A DNA stretch of 63,003 nucleotides, the filler included, from Olpidium bornovanus S191 (taxonomy: Eukaryota; Fungi; Olpidiomycota): assembly GCA_017911155.1 (NCBI GenBank). It is 27 parts of 27 records of this genome, joined end to end, with 100 filler letters (N's around TTAATTAATTAA, not from the genome) between each part and the next. Parts side by side here need not be neighbours in the genome. Positions count along the whole stretch, not along the records: positions 1 to 1,382 come from JAEFCI010007307.1; positions 1,483 to 6,285 come from JAEFCI010000944.1; positions 6,386 to 8,083 come from JAEFCI010003044.1; positions 8,184 to 11,604 come from JAEFCI010007621.1; 23 more parts are not named here. One strand, written 5' to 3'. The notes under the pieces were generated by a model. That model searched no databases, had not been told where the DNA came from, and saw only the letters and a program-made list of their open reading frames with translations. A program made the position numbers and the translations under genes. Below are positions 1-11,704 of the stretch, one piece after another (position 1 is the stretch's first letter; the number at the start of each line of letters is the position of its first letter).

Positions 1-538
1 ACGCAATTTTGAATTTACGGAAAACGGGGCAAAGAGAAAAAAAAAAGTCTGGCGAAGGAAGATGGGACACAAGGGGAAGAAAGGGGCAAAGGAGCAAGCG
101 CCGTCGGCAACGCCGTCATGCCCCCTTTCCAGTGCCCCCCCCCCCCCTCGGCCGTCCATCCGGCGTCGCCGTTCGTCACTGTTTCTGCGCCAGGGCCGCA
201 ATTTCTCTAAAGTCCGCCACGCGGCGTCGGTTGCCTCTCGCTACTCCGGGCGTGTTGTTGACGCCGCGTTTCGAATGCCGCACAAACTCAACGCCAGTTC
301 TGATGCGAAACGCGGTGAATTTCCGGGTACCTGGTTTGAACTGCGGGTTGCATATTGTGGCGACGCGCGGCCTTCTTTTCGGCACACCAGAATGTCTTTG
401 GGCTTGACAAGGCTGGGAATACGCCCGGCGTGGATGCGGGACCGCGGTCTTTGGAAGCCGCGCTTTGTGGGGGGACCTGCGGGTCCCTCGGCGCCGAGAC
501 GCCTTGGAGTAAAAATGGCTCTGCGGCAGAAGCTTCGC

Positions 539-573
<35 letters not shown>

Positions 574-810
574 TATTCGGTCGTCGAGTCGGCGCAGGAT
601 TCCCCCGCCAAACCCCAACGGGGCCGTCGATGACGGTCCTGCGTTTCCGCCAAGATCGTTGCAGAGCGAAAGAGTTCCGCGACGCCAACTCGAAAAACTG
701 TTTTCGTTTGACGACGGCGCAGAAGTCGCGAGAAGTAATCGCGGTCCTCCCATAGTCGTCTCCCGCCTCCCCACCCCCCCTTCTTCCGCTCTCCTCGCCC
801 CGAACGCCCG

Positions 811-1371
811 CTATCTACCGACCGCGGCCGGTTCCAGTCCTTTGGACGGATGGACAAACATCGCTATGCCTTCTTCGGTCGCACCGCCCCCGTCACCTCC
901 TCCGCCGCCGCCGACCTCGACCCCGCTCGTCGGCGCGATCCTGACCAGCTTCTGGTCGGCCCCCTTGCCCCTCAGCACGCGCACGCGCGGCAGCCGGCAC
1001 CTTCCCACGCCGAGCGCGAGGCACGTGTGCCAGAACCGGTATATGCAGCCCGCGGGCACGCGCACGGAGGAGATCCTGTTTCCCGAGAACACGAAGCCCT
1101 CGGCGACGTCGACCGTGATGTGGAATTCCTGCTGTCCGGCCGACAGGTTCGCCACCCAGTATGTCGCCGTGAACTGCTCGCCCTGGAACGCCTGTGGCGG
1201 AACGTCTGCGCAGAAGATGACGTCGCGAATTTGGCGTGGGGCGGCCGTTAACGTCAAAAAAGCCGGTCTTCGTCGGCCATCGGGACAACCCGGTCGTTCC
1301 CCTCTCTTCCGGGATCGGTACGAACCAGCCACAGCTACTGTTTCGCGATGACCAAGGTCGACTCGCGGCAC
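811..1371 (-). CDS. TRAPPC11: TRAPP III subunit TRAPPC11 / Gryzun, C-terminal exon (5' truncated)
   Basis: Translation ...FTATYWVANLSAGQQEFHITVDVAEGFVFSGNRISSVRVPAGCIYRFWHTCLALGVGRCRLPRVRV...IAMFVHP* follows the Gryzun C-terminal pattern (FVFSG...G...LP.+.V...IFV.P). Stop TAG at 811-813. Confidence 0.7.
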   Translation of the reverse strand: MPRVDLGHRETVAVAGSYRSRKRGERPGCPDGRRRPAFLTLTAAPRQIRDVIFCADVPPQAFQGEQFTATYWVANLSAGQQEFHITVDVAEGFVFSGNRISSVRVPAGCIYRFWHTCLALGVGRCRLPRVRVLRGKGADQKLVRIAPTSGVEVGGGGGGDGGGATEEGIAMFVHPSKGLEPAAVGR

Positions 1372-1382
1372 GGGGACCCATG

Positions 1383-1482
1383 NNNNNNNNNNNNNNNNNN
1401 NNNNNNNNNNNNNNNNNNNNNNNNNNTTAATTAATTAANNNNNNNNNNNNNNNNNNNNNNNNNNNNNNNNNNNNNNNNNNNN
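1383..1482. other. Artificial contig-joining linker (first of 26)
   Basis: 44 N + TTAATTAATTAA (stops in all six frames) + 44 N. Identical linkers start at 1383, 6286, 8084, 11605, 13093, 14775, 17679, 19635, 21520, 24497, 26582, 29083, 32480, 35515, 36756, 38032, 40378, 42189, 45933, 47530, 51846, 54641, 56691, 57830, 59399 and 61121. Confidence 0.99.
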
Positions 1483-3300
1483 CATGACAGCCTGCATCTC
1501 AGAAATAATATCGTCCATTATTCTCTCTGAGAATTGCTCGCCGTAGGCCGTTATTCCAGCAAAAAAATGAAATGGAGGGACGCAACAGGATTTGCCGACA
1601 ATTCCGGTTCTGCCTCGAAATACTTAAGAACTATGGTTATTGCTTAGGAACGCCGATTAAACGACAGATCGGCGCAGACTCACCCTGCGTGGGCATCGAG
1701 GTCGCTTCCGCTACTACCCCACACACCGACAACTTGTCCACGACAGGTTCAACAGACGCCACAGCCTGTAAACCCGAATTAAAAAGTTAGATGCCACGGG
1801 AAGTCTATTCAGTGCCACAGAATGTTCTCATAAAAACGTGCCTCGTCGACGCATCTCAAGACGATCTCGTCGCGAGTCAGTCGGGAATTGATCTTATGCT
1901 TCCAGTCGTCAACAGTACGCCTGCCGCTCTTTTCTTCTACCCTTATTTTACGAAGCTTGAGATACGCCACGGGCGCGAAGGCGTCCTTTGTGAGGATTAC
2001 CGTCTCGCAGTCCTCTCTGAAATGAACAAATTTGGCCGGGAATCCAGTCAGGATTGGGTACGGCGCCCGCGTCTTTAACAAATCGGACAAAATCCCTACA
2101 CCACAATGCGCTTTATAAAGAGTGGGCAGTCAAGGCATAACGTCTCGTACTCTCCGCCTTCCCCGCACATGTGCACGCCGTAGTTCTGGTTCTGCGGGAT
2201 ATCGCCATTATGTCAGCTGCGTACGAAGGAAAATTCACTACGCTCCTCTACGTTCAAACACGCGCCAATCTAATCACCATTTGCGTTAGATGCGGCATCA
2301 TTTCACCAAGTGTTTTCCCGAGATGGTTCTCGCTGAGCCCAAGAGTCGCGACCTTGACGACAATCGCGACGACCCCCCCGTCGATCATCTCTTGCAAAAG
2401 TGCGGCCTGCTCCCGCCTCCACAAAAAAGCAAGAGGGGTCAGCCGCAGCCGACGACACCTGTCGGATAAGCAGGTCAGCTGGGGCGATACCGCATCAATT
2501 TCGACAACGACGGAGATTCCGAGGGAAATCTACCTGTCACGCACACGTGCTCAACGCGTACCCGCTGGTAGTTGGACAGGATTGCGCCGACGGAGACCCC
2601 TTGGACGTCAGGGTGGTGCGTCTAGGTGGGCGTAGGGCACAGAGGGGTTGGCTTTCAAGCAGCGCAATTTCCACTAAAGAAAATCGTCACTGCCCGAGTA
2701 CCAACCTTCACCTCCTGCAGCAGCTCCAGCAGGTCTTCAGTTTCGTCCCGGAGGGTAAGTCGGTAGTCCGCGTCCGTGTTGAGCGCGCTGCCAGTGATAC
2801 CGCGGCGATAGAGCGGCAAGTTCATGCACTCGGCGTAGCATTGTATTGCGTCGTGCCCGATCGTCTGGAACATAAAGCTGTCAAGTTCGTCTGGCAATGA
2901 CGACGTTTGAAATGAAGAGACGCTTCCAGGTGAGACTCGTTTGGACGCTTTCTTCAGCAGGCAAGCGCGGCGAATACCGCCAAACGCGGCACCGCAATGG
3001 CATAGAGCGGACGGAGCGGGCGAAGCAATCCAAGCATCGCACCGCCGACAATACCGACCCTTTTCGCTGTCTCGCGGCGGCTTGAGGTTTGCCAGGGCGA
3101 CAATCTCGTGGCCCAGCGCTGCGCACTGCATCATGTTGTAGCAGCTGTCCTTGCCGCCGCTGTTCGGTTCAACAGACGGCGGGAGCAGGAAGCAGGTAGT
3201 TTCAGCCACGCGGCGTTCGCCGCCCCATGCCAACCTTCGTCCCGCGCGGGGTCGCTCAAATACCTCGCGCCGCGTACCTAACCAGCGCCACGACCTTCAT
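1483..3300 (-). CDS. DPH6: Diphthine--ammonia ligase, multi-exon, running into a probable RidA/YjgF-like C-terminal region; 3' truncated
   Basis: Spliced exons give MKVVALV|SGGKDSCYNMMQC...DELDSFMFQTIGH...DETEDLLELLQEVK...GVSVGAILSNYQRVRVEHVC...HLGKTLGEM...YGVHMCGEGGEYETLCLDCPLF...AFAPVAYL. ATG at 3300; GT-AG introns. Confidence 0.96.
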
Positions 3301-3582
3301 GGTTCGACTGCGGCCTCTTTGCGCTCTGGTAGTCCCTGCCGGGGTCTCCGCGCTGAAAACAAGGAACAGCAAATTGGAATTAAACGCGGCCGCCGCCCAC
3401 GCCGTCCTGTTGCACAAGACGTCATGTTGTACACGACACTCGCCCGCGGGGAATGCTAAAGGAAGTACACAGGCAACGCGGAGAACGGGGCGAGCAGGGG
3501 ACAAATATTTTCTAAAACAGGGTCCTACGGCTCCTGCGCTCAATCCGCTGTCCGTCTTTTGGTACAGCAGGCCTAGCAGAAT

Positions 3583-6285
3583 GCCATGGTTCACCCTGGT
3601 AGTTTCCGACAAAGAGGCATTACCTAATACAGCACAAAACCCGCGGTGCGGCCTGCGGTCTGATGTTTTGGCAAATTTGGCAAAACGCGCGGTGCGGTTT
3701 CAACCCGCACAACCCGCACTTTTGTTGTTTTTGGTTTGTGTTTTCTTTTTTTTTTTTTCATTTGGTTTTTGATCATTTGTTGGGTAGACCAATGTAGCCC
3801 TCCACAGGCAAGAACCACCAGTGTCATCAGGGAATATAATTCCCTCTCAAGTGGGGACGAATAGGGTGGCGTGCAAGGTGATGCGAAAGCGTCGTCGCGG
3901 GGGCCAGGGAGACCGTCAACTGCGCACAGCCCCGCCACCTGCACTTGCCTTCGACGACGGGATTGATGTGAACTTCGATGCGCGCCACCACGAATACCGA
4001 AACCCCGAACTGCTACTTCCTTCGTCCCGTTCCAAGGAGCGCGCCAAAAGCCCGGTCGTAAGGTGCTGTAGTGTCGGATGAAAACGTCCGAGGGTGAAAC
4101 AGCTTTCCGATCTCGCTCGAGGAAAGTTTGGTTTTGCGGTCGGAAGAAGAGCTCCACAACCGACAAGCCGCCTGTCACTACCCCCCTCGGCGCGGTCGGA
4201 GAAAAGTTACACCATATGCTGCGTAATGACAAAAACCCAAGTGCGGGGCGTGCCCTCCCAAGGAATCAAAAATTTTAGGGGTTCTGACCAGTCCCCCCCC
4301 CCCCCCCCATTGGGGCTGAACGCACTCCCGGGGAACGGCGCCGGGCTCCTGAACTGATTTTCCTGACAACTGGAAACTTTCTGAACGCACTGCGCCAGGG
4401 TTGGCCAGAGTTGGTCGGTACCGGGTGGGGCCTGCCGTCACCCCCTGCACTTGCACCGGTACACACTCCCACAGCTACTCCTACAGCCCGGAAGAGGAGG
4501 AACTCTTCTCTAAACAATTTCTAAGTTGCCGATCCCATCCTGTCACCCATAGTATTTTCCATAGTTGCAGCTATTTGGTAGTTCTACGTTGCCTACGGTA
4601 TTCTATATACTGCGAAGTTTGTCACGAGTGATCTGCCTTTCGACTCGTGCTCTGGTAGTTGCAGAGTCAGCTTCCTCCAGTGTAGCCTGCAGGTCAATAT
4701 CTGCAGCCTCCCCGTCCTCCTAGGTAGGCTGTGGGTAACTTCCATCGAACTCTTCCCGGAGCCTGCGACCTTCCTCGTCCTCCTCGTAAATGTCATGCAG
4801 TCTGACAAGAAAATTATGCAGGATCATTACTCCTTAGATGAAGTTCACCGTCAATTCAACGTTGCGCAAAGGAATGGGACCGAGGAAAACCCGCCCAGCG
4901 AGATGGTTAGTATAATTTTAATTCATTCCACTTCACTTTATACTGTGAAAGTAAGAGTCGACAACCACCTGGGCACTGGCAAATCAGTTATTGAGCTCCT
5001 TGGTGACTGAACTGCGCTACGTGGTGGTAAGCTCAAATGTTATCACCACGTGCTTGCTGTTTGCGTAGGCAGAGTCGCCAAGAAAAAACGGTGGAACGAT
5101 TGCAGTTGTCCGGCCAGTCTCTGTTTTGGGAACTGGCACTGTATGATCTTGAGGTAGATTACGACCCGCATTACGACCCGCCGGTCACGTGACCACGCAG
5201 ATAAACGCCACGCACACTGCACTCCTTCCCCTCTTCCTTCTCTTCTCCTCCCGTCACCAATACAAACAATACAAAGGAGAGAGCTCTACGTTGTTCGCGT
5301 CAGGTGATGAGCCCAAGCTGGACGTGAGCCCTCCCTGGAAGAGCAACAAACCAGGCGTGTACTCCCCGGTCATCCCGCCGCCGCCGCTGCGAGCGCAACC
5401 GCCGCGCGCCCGCCGCCGCCGCCGCTGCGCGCCCACCGCCGCGCGCCCCCCGCCGCCGCGCAACCGCCGCTGCGGTCATCCTTGCGCGCATCCTCCCGCC
5501 GTCGCCGGCGCCCACCGCCGCGCGCCCACCGCCGCGCGCCCACCGCCGCGCGCCCACCGCCGCGCGCCCACCGCCGCGCGCCCCCCGCCGCGCGCCCACC
5601 GCCGCGCGCCCCCCGCCGCGCGCCCACCGCCGCGCGCCGCCGCCGCCGCGCAACCGCCGCGCAACCGCCGCCGCCGCGCAACCGCCGCGCACCACCGCCG
5701 CCGCCGCGGTCATCCTTTCGGTCTCGCCGGCGCAACTACAATGCAAAAGCCCAAGGTCCGCGCGTCGTCAGCTGCGCCAACCAGCAGGTCGGCATCCGTC
5801 GGCGGCCCGATACAGACACGCAGCAGGACGGCGAGAGCAGCAACTGCAGCTCACGCTTCCTCGTCAGCTGTGCCTGCGCCCCGCACAGGGACAGCCGGAG
5901 TGACGTTCAACCCGAGCGCCATTGTCGACAACAGCAAGGAGAGCACCCTCGGATTTGGTTTCACCACATCCGACACGCCGTGCCCTCCGCCTACACTCCC
6001 TGGTGGCTTCCCATCAGGTCTGACCCCTGCATCAACGGCTGCGCCACCTTTTCCGGTCACCCCGTTACGCGGGTTCTTCCCAGGATACCTGCAGCCACTT
6101 CCTGACGAGCTCGGGAACCGTCTGCACATCAAACCCACCATAGCTGGACAGGCTGTTAGTGTATTGCGGCAAGGTTCACAGCGTTGTATTCCTCTTCCTC
6201 GTCAGGTCTGAGCAGGGCGCTACAGGTAAGGTGACGAGGGTCGACGAGGGCAAGTTTGATCGAAGACGATCGGAAAGTAAAAGGG
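3583..6285 (+). CDS. Unidentified probable multi-exon gene(s) divergent from DPH6
   Basis: Several protein-like segments (DDGIDVNFDARHHEYRNPELLL; DEVHRQFNVAQRNG; KTVERLQLSGQSLFWELALYDLE; Pro/Ala-rich ORF 5189-6211) with plausible GT/AG boundaries. No family recognised; exon structure uncertain. Confidence 0.3.
5380..5710. repeat. GC-rich minisatellite, 14-bp unit CCGCCGCGCGCCCA with degenerate flanks
   Basis: About 9 near-perfect tandem copies at roughly 5512-5640, flanked by related CCG/CGCAA repeats. Confidence 0.9.
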
Positions 6286-6686
6286 NNNNNNNNNNNNNNN
6301 NNNNNNNNNNNNNNNNNNNNNNNNNNNNNTTAATTAATTAANNNNNNNNNNNNNNNNNNNNNNNNNNNNNNNNNNNNNNNNNNNNCATGAACTCTGGCCG
6401 CCGCTTTTCCTGGACCGTTGTTCTTCTTGGTATTTGTTTCCAATTTTTTGTCATCTTGTATGTTCCTGACTATTTTTGCTTATTTCCCTACAGAAAATTC
6501 TGGTTTCTGGAAGCTGAAAGCAGTGCAGCAAAGGTTGGCCCTGGGTTAAATGGCATCGGCGGTGGCTGGCGGGGCCAATCCTGGAATCGCCGCAGAGCCT
6601 CCGGATCTGTGCCGGATCTGAGCGCCCCGGTTTTTTTTTTTTTCCCCCGCGAAGCTGGCCAAGCGCGGTTGACTTGGCTGCCCACC

Positions 6687-8083
6687 ATGACGCAGAATAC
6701 CAGCTCGGACAGATCACTTCCGCGCCCGGGGCGGGACGGAACTGGGGGGGTGCCTCCAAAGGCGCGGACGCCACCGCCGGTCTCGCCGAGCGGCGCCGCT
6801 GCGCAACTGCCGGAGAACCTGAACGATCTTTTCATGCTGCCGCCGGACTTGATTGCGAAGTTGCAGGAAGCGCATTTTCGCACTGAAGCGTTTGTGTCGT
6901 TCGTGGACCGTCATATCGCGAGTCAACGTCACCTAGCGGCGGCAGCGAAAGGTGAGGGCGCAATTGGACAGAGTTTCCGGTGCATTGCTGGCTGGGGTAA
7001 CGGTCACGCGCGCTAAACAAATTTCTGTCGGCCCGTTAAGAGCTTTCATCGTGGTCATCAGGACTGTGCGAGGAAGCCGAGCTCCTCGGCTCCGTGCTGA
7101 CCAAAGATGTTGTGGCCAACTTAGGTACGCCAGCAGGGCTGGGGCTTTCGATTCCCGCCAGCAGGGCTGGGGCGCCTCATGGCATCCTTGTGACCACGAT
7201 TTCCAACTTGGCTCGCCTGGCGTTCACGCCTGCCAGCACCGGCGGTTGCAACCCTGGAAACGGCGTCGCGGAACCTCAGTTCGCAGTATTTGGATTTGTC
7301 AACGCAGATCGAAACCCTTCTTACAGGTATACCTGAAGCACGTCACTCGTAATCTGACCTGTTTCAGAGGGTTGGCGAGGCAAACCTGATTATTCGTTTC
7401 TGACTTTGCTTCTGGACCAGCGCCTTTGCGGGAGTATTCCGAAGACGTCCGCCGTAAAAGCGCTGAGGCCAAATCGAATTTTGACCGCGCACTTCGAGAA
7501 TACGAGTCTGCGGTAGTCAATTACTGTTCCAAGAAGACGAGGGGGATTGACCCGTCTTCCGGGTCTTTTAACACAGAAACGGTCCGCCCGCCTGACTTGG
7601 TGGAAGACGTGGCCCATAACGTGTATTCGACTCGGCAAACACTCTGCGCTGCGACGCTAGAATACATCTCGACCGCAAGAAGAATATTATCAGTCAAGGA
7701 ACTACACGTGATAGAGAAGGTACCAGATAAGCGGGACAGGAAAGGCCAGGAACGTTGGTGCTATCGCGTTCCAACAATCCTCGTATGACCCGCCCTTGCA
7801 GCTGGAAGATGTCGCGTCTACAGTGTCCATGTTCCTTAGCCGGGTCGTACCAGTGGCTAAGGAAGCGGACCAGGTGTCGCACGTGCTCCACATCCAAACG
7901 GCCGCTTTGCGGAAGGCGCTAAATGAACGGACACAGCCTGACGCAGGGATGTCAGGAACAACGGAAAGCCACCAGGAAGTCACTGTTGCCCGCGCGCTGA
8001 TATCCGACGACCAGGCGCTGGGCGTATTGCCTGATCACGGGCGCAAGCCTTCGGCGGCATCTCCGAGGTTTGCATCGGGCATG
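6687..8083 (+). CDS. BAR-domain protein (ACAP/centaurin-beta or Sip3/Lam1-like N-terminal BAR), 3' truncated
   Basis: Helical exon LREYSEDVRRKSAEAKSNFDRALREYESAVVNYCSKKTR...VYSTRQTLCAATLEYISTARRILSVKELHVIEK resembles BAR_3 helices 2-3. Downstream PH or GAP domains are not visible before the linker. Confidence 0.5.
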
Positions 8084-8239
8084 NNNNNNNNNNNNNNNNN
8101 NNNNNNNNNNNNNNNNNNNNNNNNNNNTTAATTAATTAANNNNNNNNNNNNNNNNNNNNNNNNNNNNNNNNNNNNNNNNNNNNCCCCCCGCTTTCCACCC
8201 GGCCCTTCCTGTCTGCGTCTCTCTGGCGAGTGCGCCAGG

Positions 8240-11200
8240 ATGTCGCAGCTCCGCCGAATCACCAGGCGGGGAGAACGCCGCACCTCGCCACCTCGTGGAG
8301 GCGCTCCTGCTCTTGACCCGTGCTGCCCGGCCCTCCATGCCGCAACAGCCGCCTCGCGCCGGCTGCTGCCCGTCTCGTTGTCGCCGTCACCGCTGTCTCC
8401 TCCCCCGCCGGCCCCTCTGTCCGCCGCCGCTCCGTCGCCCACTTCGCCGTCTGATCACGCCGGAGTTTCTACGCCGAGGAGCCCGCGCGACAGCGGGCGA
8501 CCCGAAGGATCACACGAAGCGCCGCGGGCCCAGGCCGCCCACACCTCTTCCGCGTCGTCGGCTCACACTCCAGCGATTGCGAAGAGGATGACCCCCGAAA
8601 GCCCCACCACCACCGCCACCCGGCTGCCGCCTCCGACCTCTGGCCCGCTGTCCCAGAGACCGAAACGCACGCTGACGCTGCTTGGCCCGGCCCCCGGGTT
8701 TGCTTCCTTGGAGGAAGAAGCCAGAAGCACTTACACGGACGTCACGGAGAATGACTACAGATACGGCGCCAACGGGTATTTGTCCACCGTCACGTCCTAC
8801 CCGTGCGACTGCAAGCCGAAGCTGGAAGGTAAGGAACGCGGGCGGCTAGGGTTGAATACTGAATGGTCCTTTTAGCGGTCCCGGGTAGCAAGAGGGCGGT
8901 TTGGTTTTGTCTGTTGAGGTTCGGGGACGTGCGACGAAGACGAATAACGGCTTTAATCCAAATGCCACGCTTGTTCTCGACGCGTAGGCGACCGGTGCGG
9001 CGACCGGTGCTTCAACCGCCAGCTATACATTGAATGCGTCGACTGTCCCTGCGGAACTTTATGTATGAACAGAAGGTACGAGAACCATGTGTCGGTTTTT
9101 GTTTGGACGGGGTTTCTACGAGAAGCGGAACCCTGTCAGGACGGCGATGAACGTCGTCTCGTCCTGGCCCTTAACTGTGCTGGCTCGTGAAACGCGTGCG
9201 GATAACCTCAGGTTTCAGCGCAAGGAATGGGCAAACGTAAAACTGATGAAGACGAGAGAAAAAGGGTTCGGTCTTGTGGCTGGCACGGACCTCAAGAAGT
9301 GCGTGCGCCCTTCACTTCTGCGGGTGACGTTGTCCTCGAGGTGTGTCTGAAATTAATTCCGGACGCCGGTTCTTTTCCGACTCCACCACCAGTGGGCAGT
9401 TTGTCATGGAATACGTCGGAGAAGTCCTGCCCCAGCGTCAATTCTTGCAGCGGGCGGAGAAATATGCCCAGAGTGGGCTTCCCCATTTCTACTTCATGCA
9501 CTTGAAAAAAGACGAGGTACGTTGCGCCAAGTGCTTTGCCCGCTCTGCAGTTAGTTGCGTTACCGCTAGTCATCCACCTGGTCGTTTGCGCGCGTTGCTG
9601 GTTTGGACTAAACCGGTTCCGTGTTTCTCGGCCCAGGTCATCGACGCGACGAGGCGTGGCTGCTTCGCGCGCTTCATTAACCATTCTTGCAACCCTAACT
9701 GCACGCTTCAGAAGTGGGTAGTCGGCAACCAAACAAGGATGGGCTTTTTCATGAAGCGGGATGTCGCCGCGGGCGAAGAGCTCACGTTTGATTACAAGCT
9801 CGAGCGATACGGGTATGCGGAAGAAATTACCGCACGTTTTCCGGCGGACTCGGCGTTATGTGGTTCGACTGCTTGTTTCCAAGCTCACCGCACGGCGTCG
9901 CTCGCTTGCTGCCGGGCAGGACGAAAGCACAGATATGCCACTGCGGTGAAGACAACTGTACCGGGTATATTGGCGGCACGAATAACGAGATGAGCGAAGT
10001 TGATCAGATTGACGAGGGTATGCTCAAGGCCAGCGTGGTACTTTTGTTTCGACGACAATGTTTGGTCTCGGTAACCGCTGGCTGGCTTTGCGGCATATTT
10101 TTTATGCGCAGAAATCGACGCCGAAGTTGACGAGCGGCGAGACGCGAGGGTATGTAGCTCGGCCGGCATTTGCTTGGACACTCGTCGGATTTGGGTAATT
10201 TGACGTTCAAACTTCTCCATTTTGCTCTTACGTTGTTTGCTTCGCGCTACACTTAGATACCCCAAATTGTCACGAAGAGCTTCACCCTGGCCGACATCCC
10301 GAAATGCGTCCAGCTCATGCATCGTATCCGGGCCCCACAGTGGGCGCTCGTCCTCCTGAAGTCGCTAAACGTAATAAAATTATGATCGTGGTTGCCGGCT
10401 TTCTTTCCGGTTGGCGGTTCGTGTTGTTAACACTGTATTCTCTGCAGCTTACCACGTGTAGTAAGGCAATCAACCACTTCCGCTATCTCAAGGGCCTTCC
10501 GTTATTGCATTCATGGCTCAAGATGTACAAAGACAACACTCAAATGATAAAAGAGGTGCGTGAGGGCATCGTAATAGCTGCCTGGAACTGCGTCAGCCGG
10601 AGTTTTTTTTTCCTGACCTGTGCTGCTGCTTTCTGCGTTGTACTATCCAGATTCTGCAATTCCTGCCGAAAGTTAATGTGCTGGACCGAAGAACTGTACA
10701 GGACGAGGAAAACGAGGAAAACGTTGGAATTGAGTTTACCGTGGAGAAACTAGTTGATCACGAAGTTTCGGAGATCGGCGCCCTTGCTAAAATTGTTGGT
10801 TGAATTCTATAATGTACTCCTCTAACGCAGAAAATACAAGGAAGCTTACTCTGGCGCGAAATTGATTTTAGATCCTAGAGTCGTGGACACAGCTCAACCG
10901 CGCGGAGCGTATACCTAAGAAGCGTAAGAGCATTGCCGGTGAAGACGGTGACGACGTGGGCGCCGAGCCATCGAAGCGACACGAGCCGGATCTCCCCTTA
11001 TGGGCTTTGGAGGCGCAGCAGGTCGAAGAGCGCCGACGGCAAGAAGAGGAGTACGCGCGCCGGCGCGTCGCGGAAGAGAACGACGAGGCGCGGCGAATCG
11101 TGGCGGCGCAGTTGCGACAGGCAAACGAGGAGCGCCGGCGACGCGAGGCGGAGGAGGCCCGTCGCCGAGATGCTGTGGCGCAGGCGCTACGGGAGTGCCA

Positions 11201-11555
11201 GGAAGCCGAGGAGGAGCGCCGGCGCCGTGAGGATAAGAAGCGGCAGGAGATGCTGGCTGAGGAGGAGGCGAAACGGCAGCTGGAACTGCAGAGGGTTGCG
11301 GACTACGAGGCCCGGAGGCGGATGATGACCGAGGAGGCGCAGAAGGTTGCGGGCAAGCATACCGCCCGTAGTCCGCGGCGTCATTCGTCCTCTGGTCGCC
11401 ACCAGCACCATCCCTACCAGAACGGGAAGCACAAGCACCTTAGCGGCTCTCACCACGCGTCGTCCGCGTCGGCTTCGAGGCACCATGGCAGCACCGACAA
11501 GCAAGTTGATGTGATTAAGGTCGACGGATCGGACGCTAATCGGCTGAAGAAAGTG
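8240..11555 (+). CDS. SET2: Histone H3K36 methyltransferase Set2 (AWS-SET-postSET-AID-charged helix); SRI exon cut off by contig end
   Basis: Exons encode CDC...CGDRCFNRQLYIEC...CPCGTLCMNRRFQRKEWA, KGFGL, FVMEYVGEV, IDATRRGCFARFINHSCNPNC..QKWVVG...GEELTFDY, CHCGEDNCTGYIGG, and LKGLPLLHSWL. Confidence 0.95.
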
Positions 11556-11704
11556 GTAAGTGTTTGGCGCGGTTGTGTGATCGCGGCCAAGGCAAGGCAC
11601 CCCGNNNNNNNNNNNNNNNNNNNNNNNNNNNNNNNNNNNNNNNNNNNNTTAATTAATTAANNNNNNNNNNNNNNNNNNNNNNNNNNNNNNNNNNNNNNNN
11701 NNNN

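Noticed and set aside
62-1351. 429-aa plus-strand ORF and many other long overlapping ORFs in GC-rich regions
   Set aside because: They are shadow frames of GC-rich or antisense coding sequence, they run through poly-T or poly-C tracts, and they show no family motifs.
1427-1438. Regularly recurring TTAATTAATTAA between N-runs, superficially like a CRISPR array or a conserved repeat
   Set aside because: It is an invariant 100-bp synthetic linker with stops in six frames. ORFs ending in X...LIN are artefacts of it.
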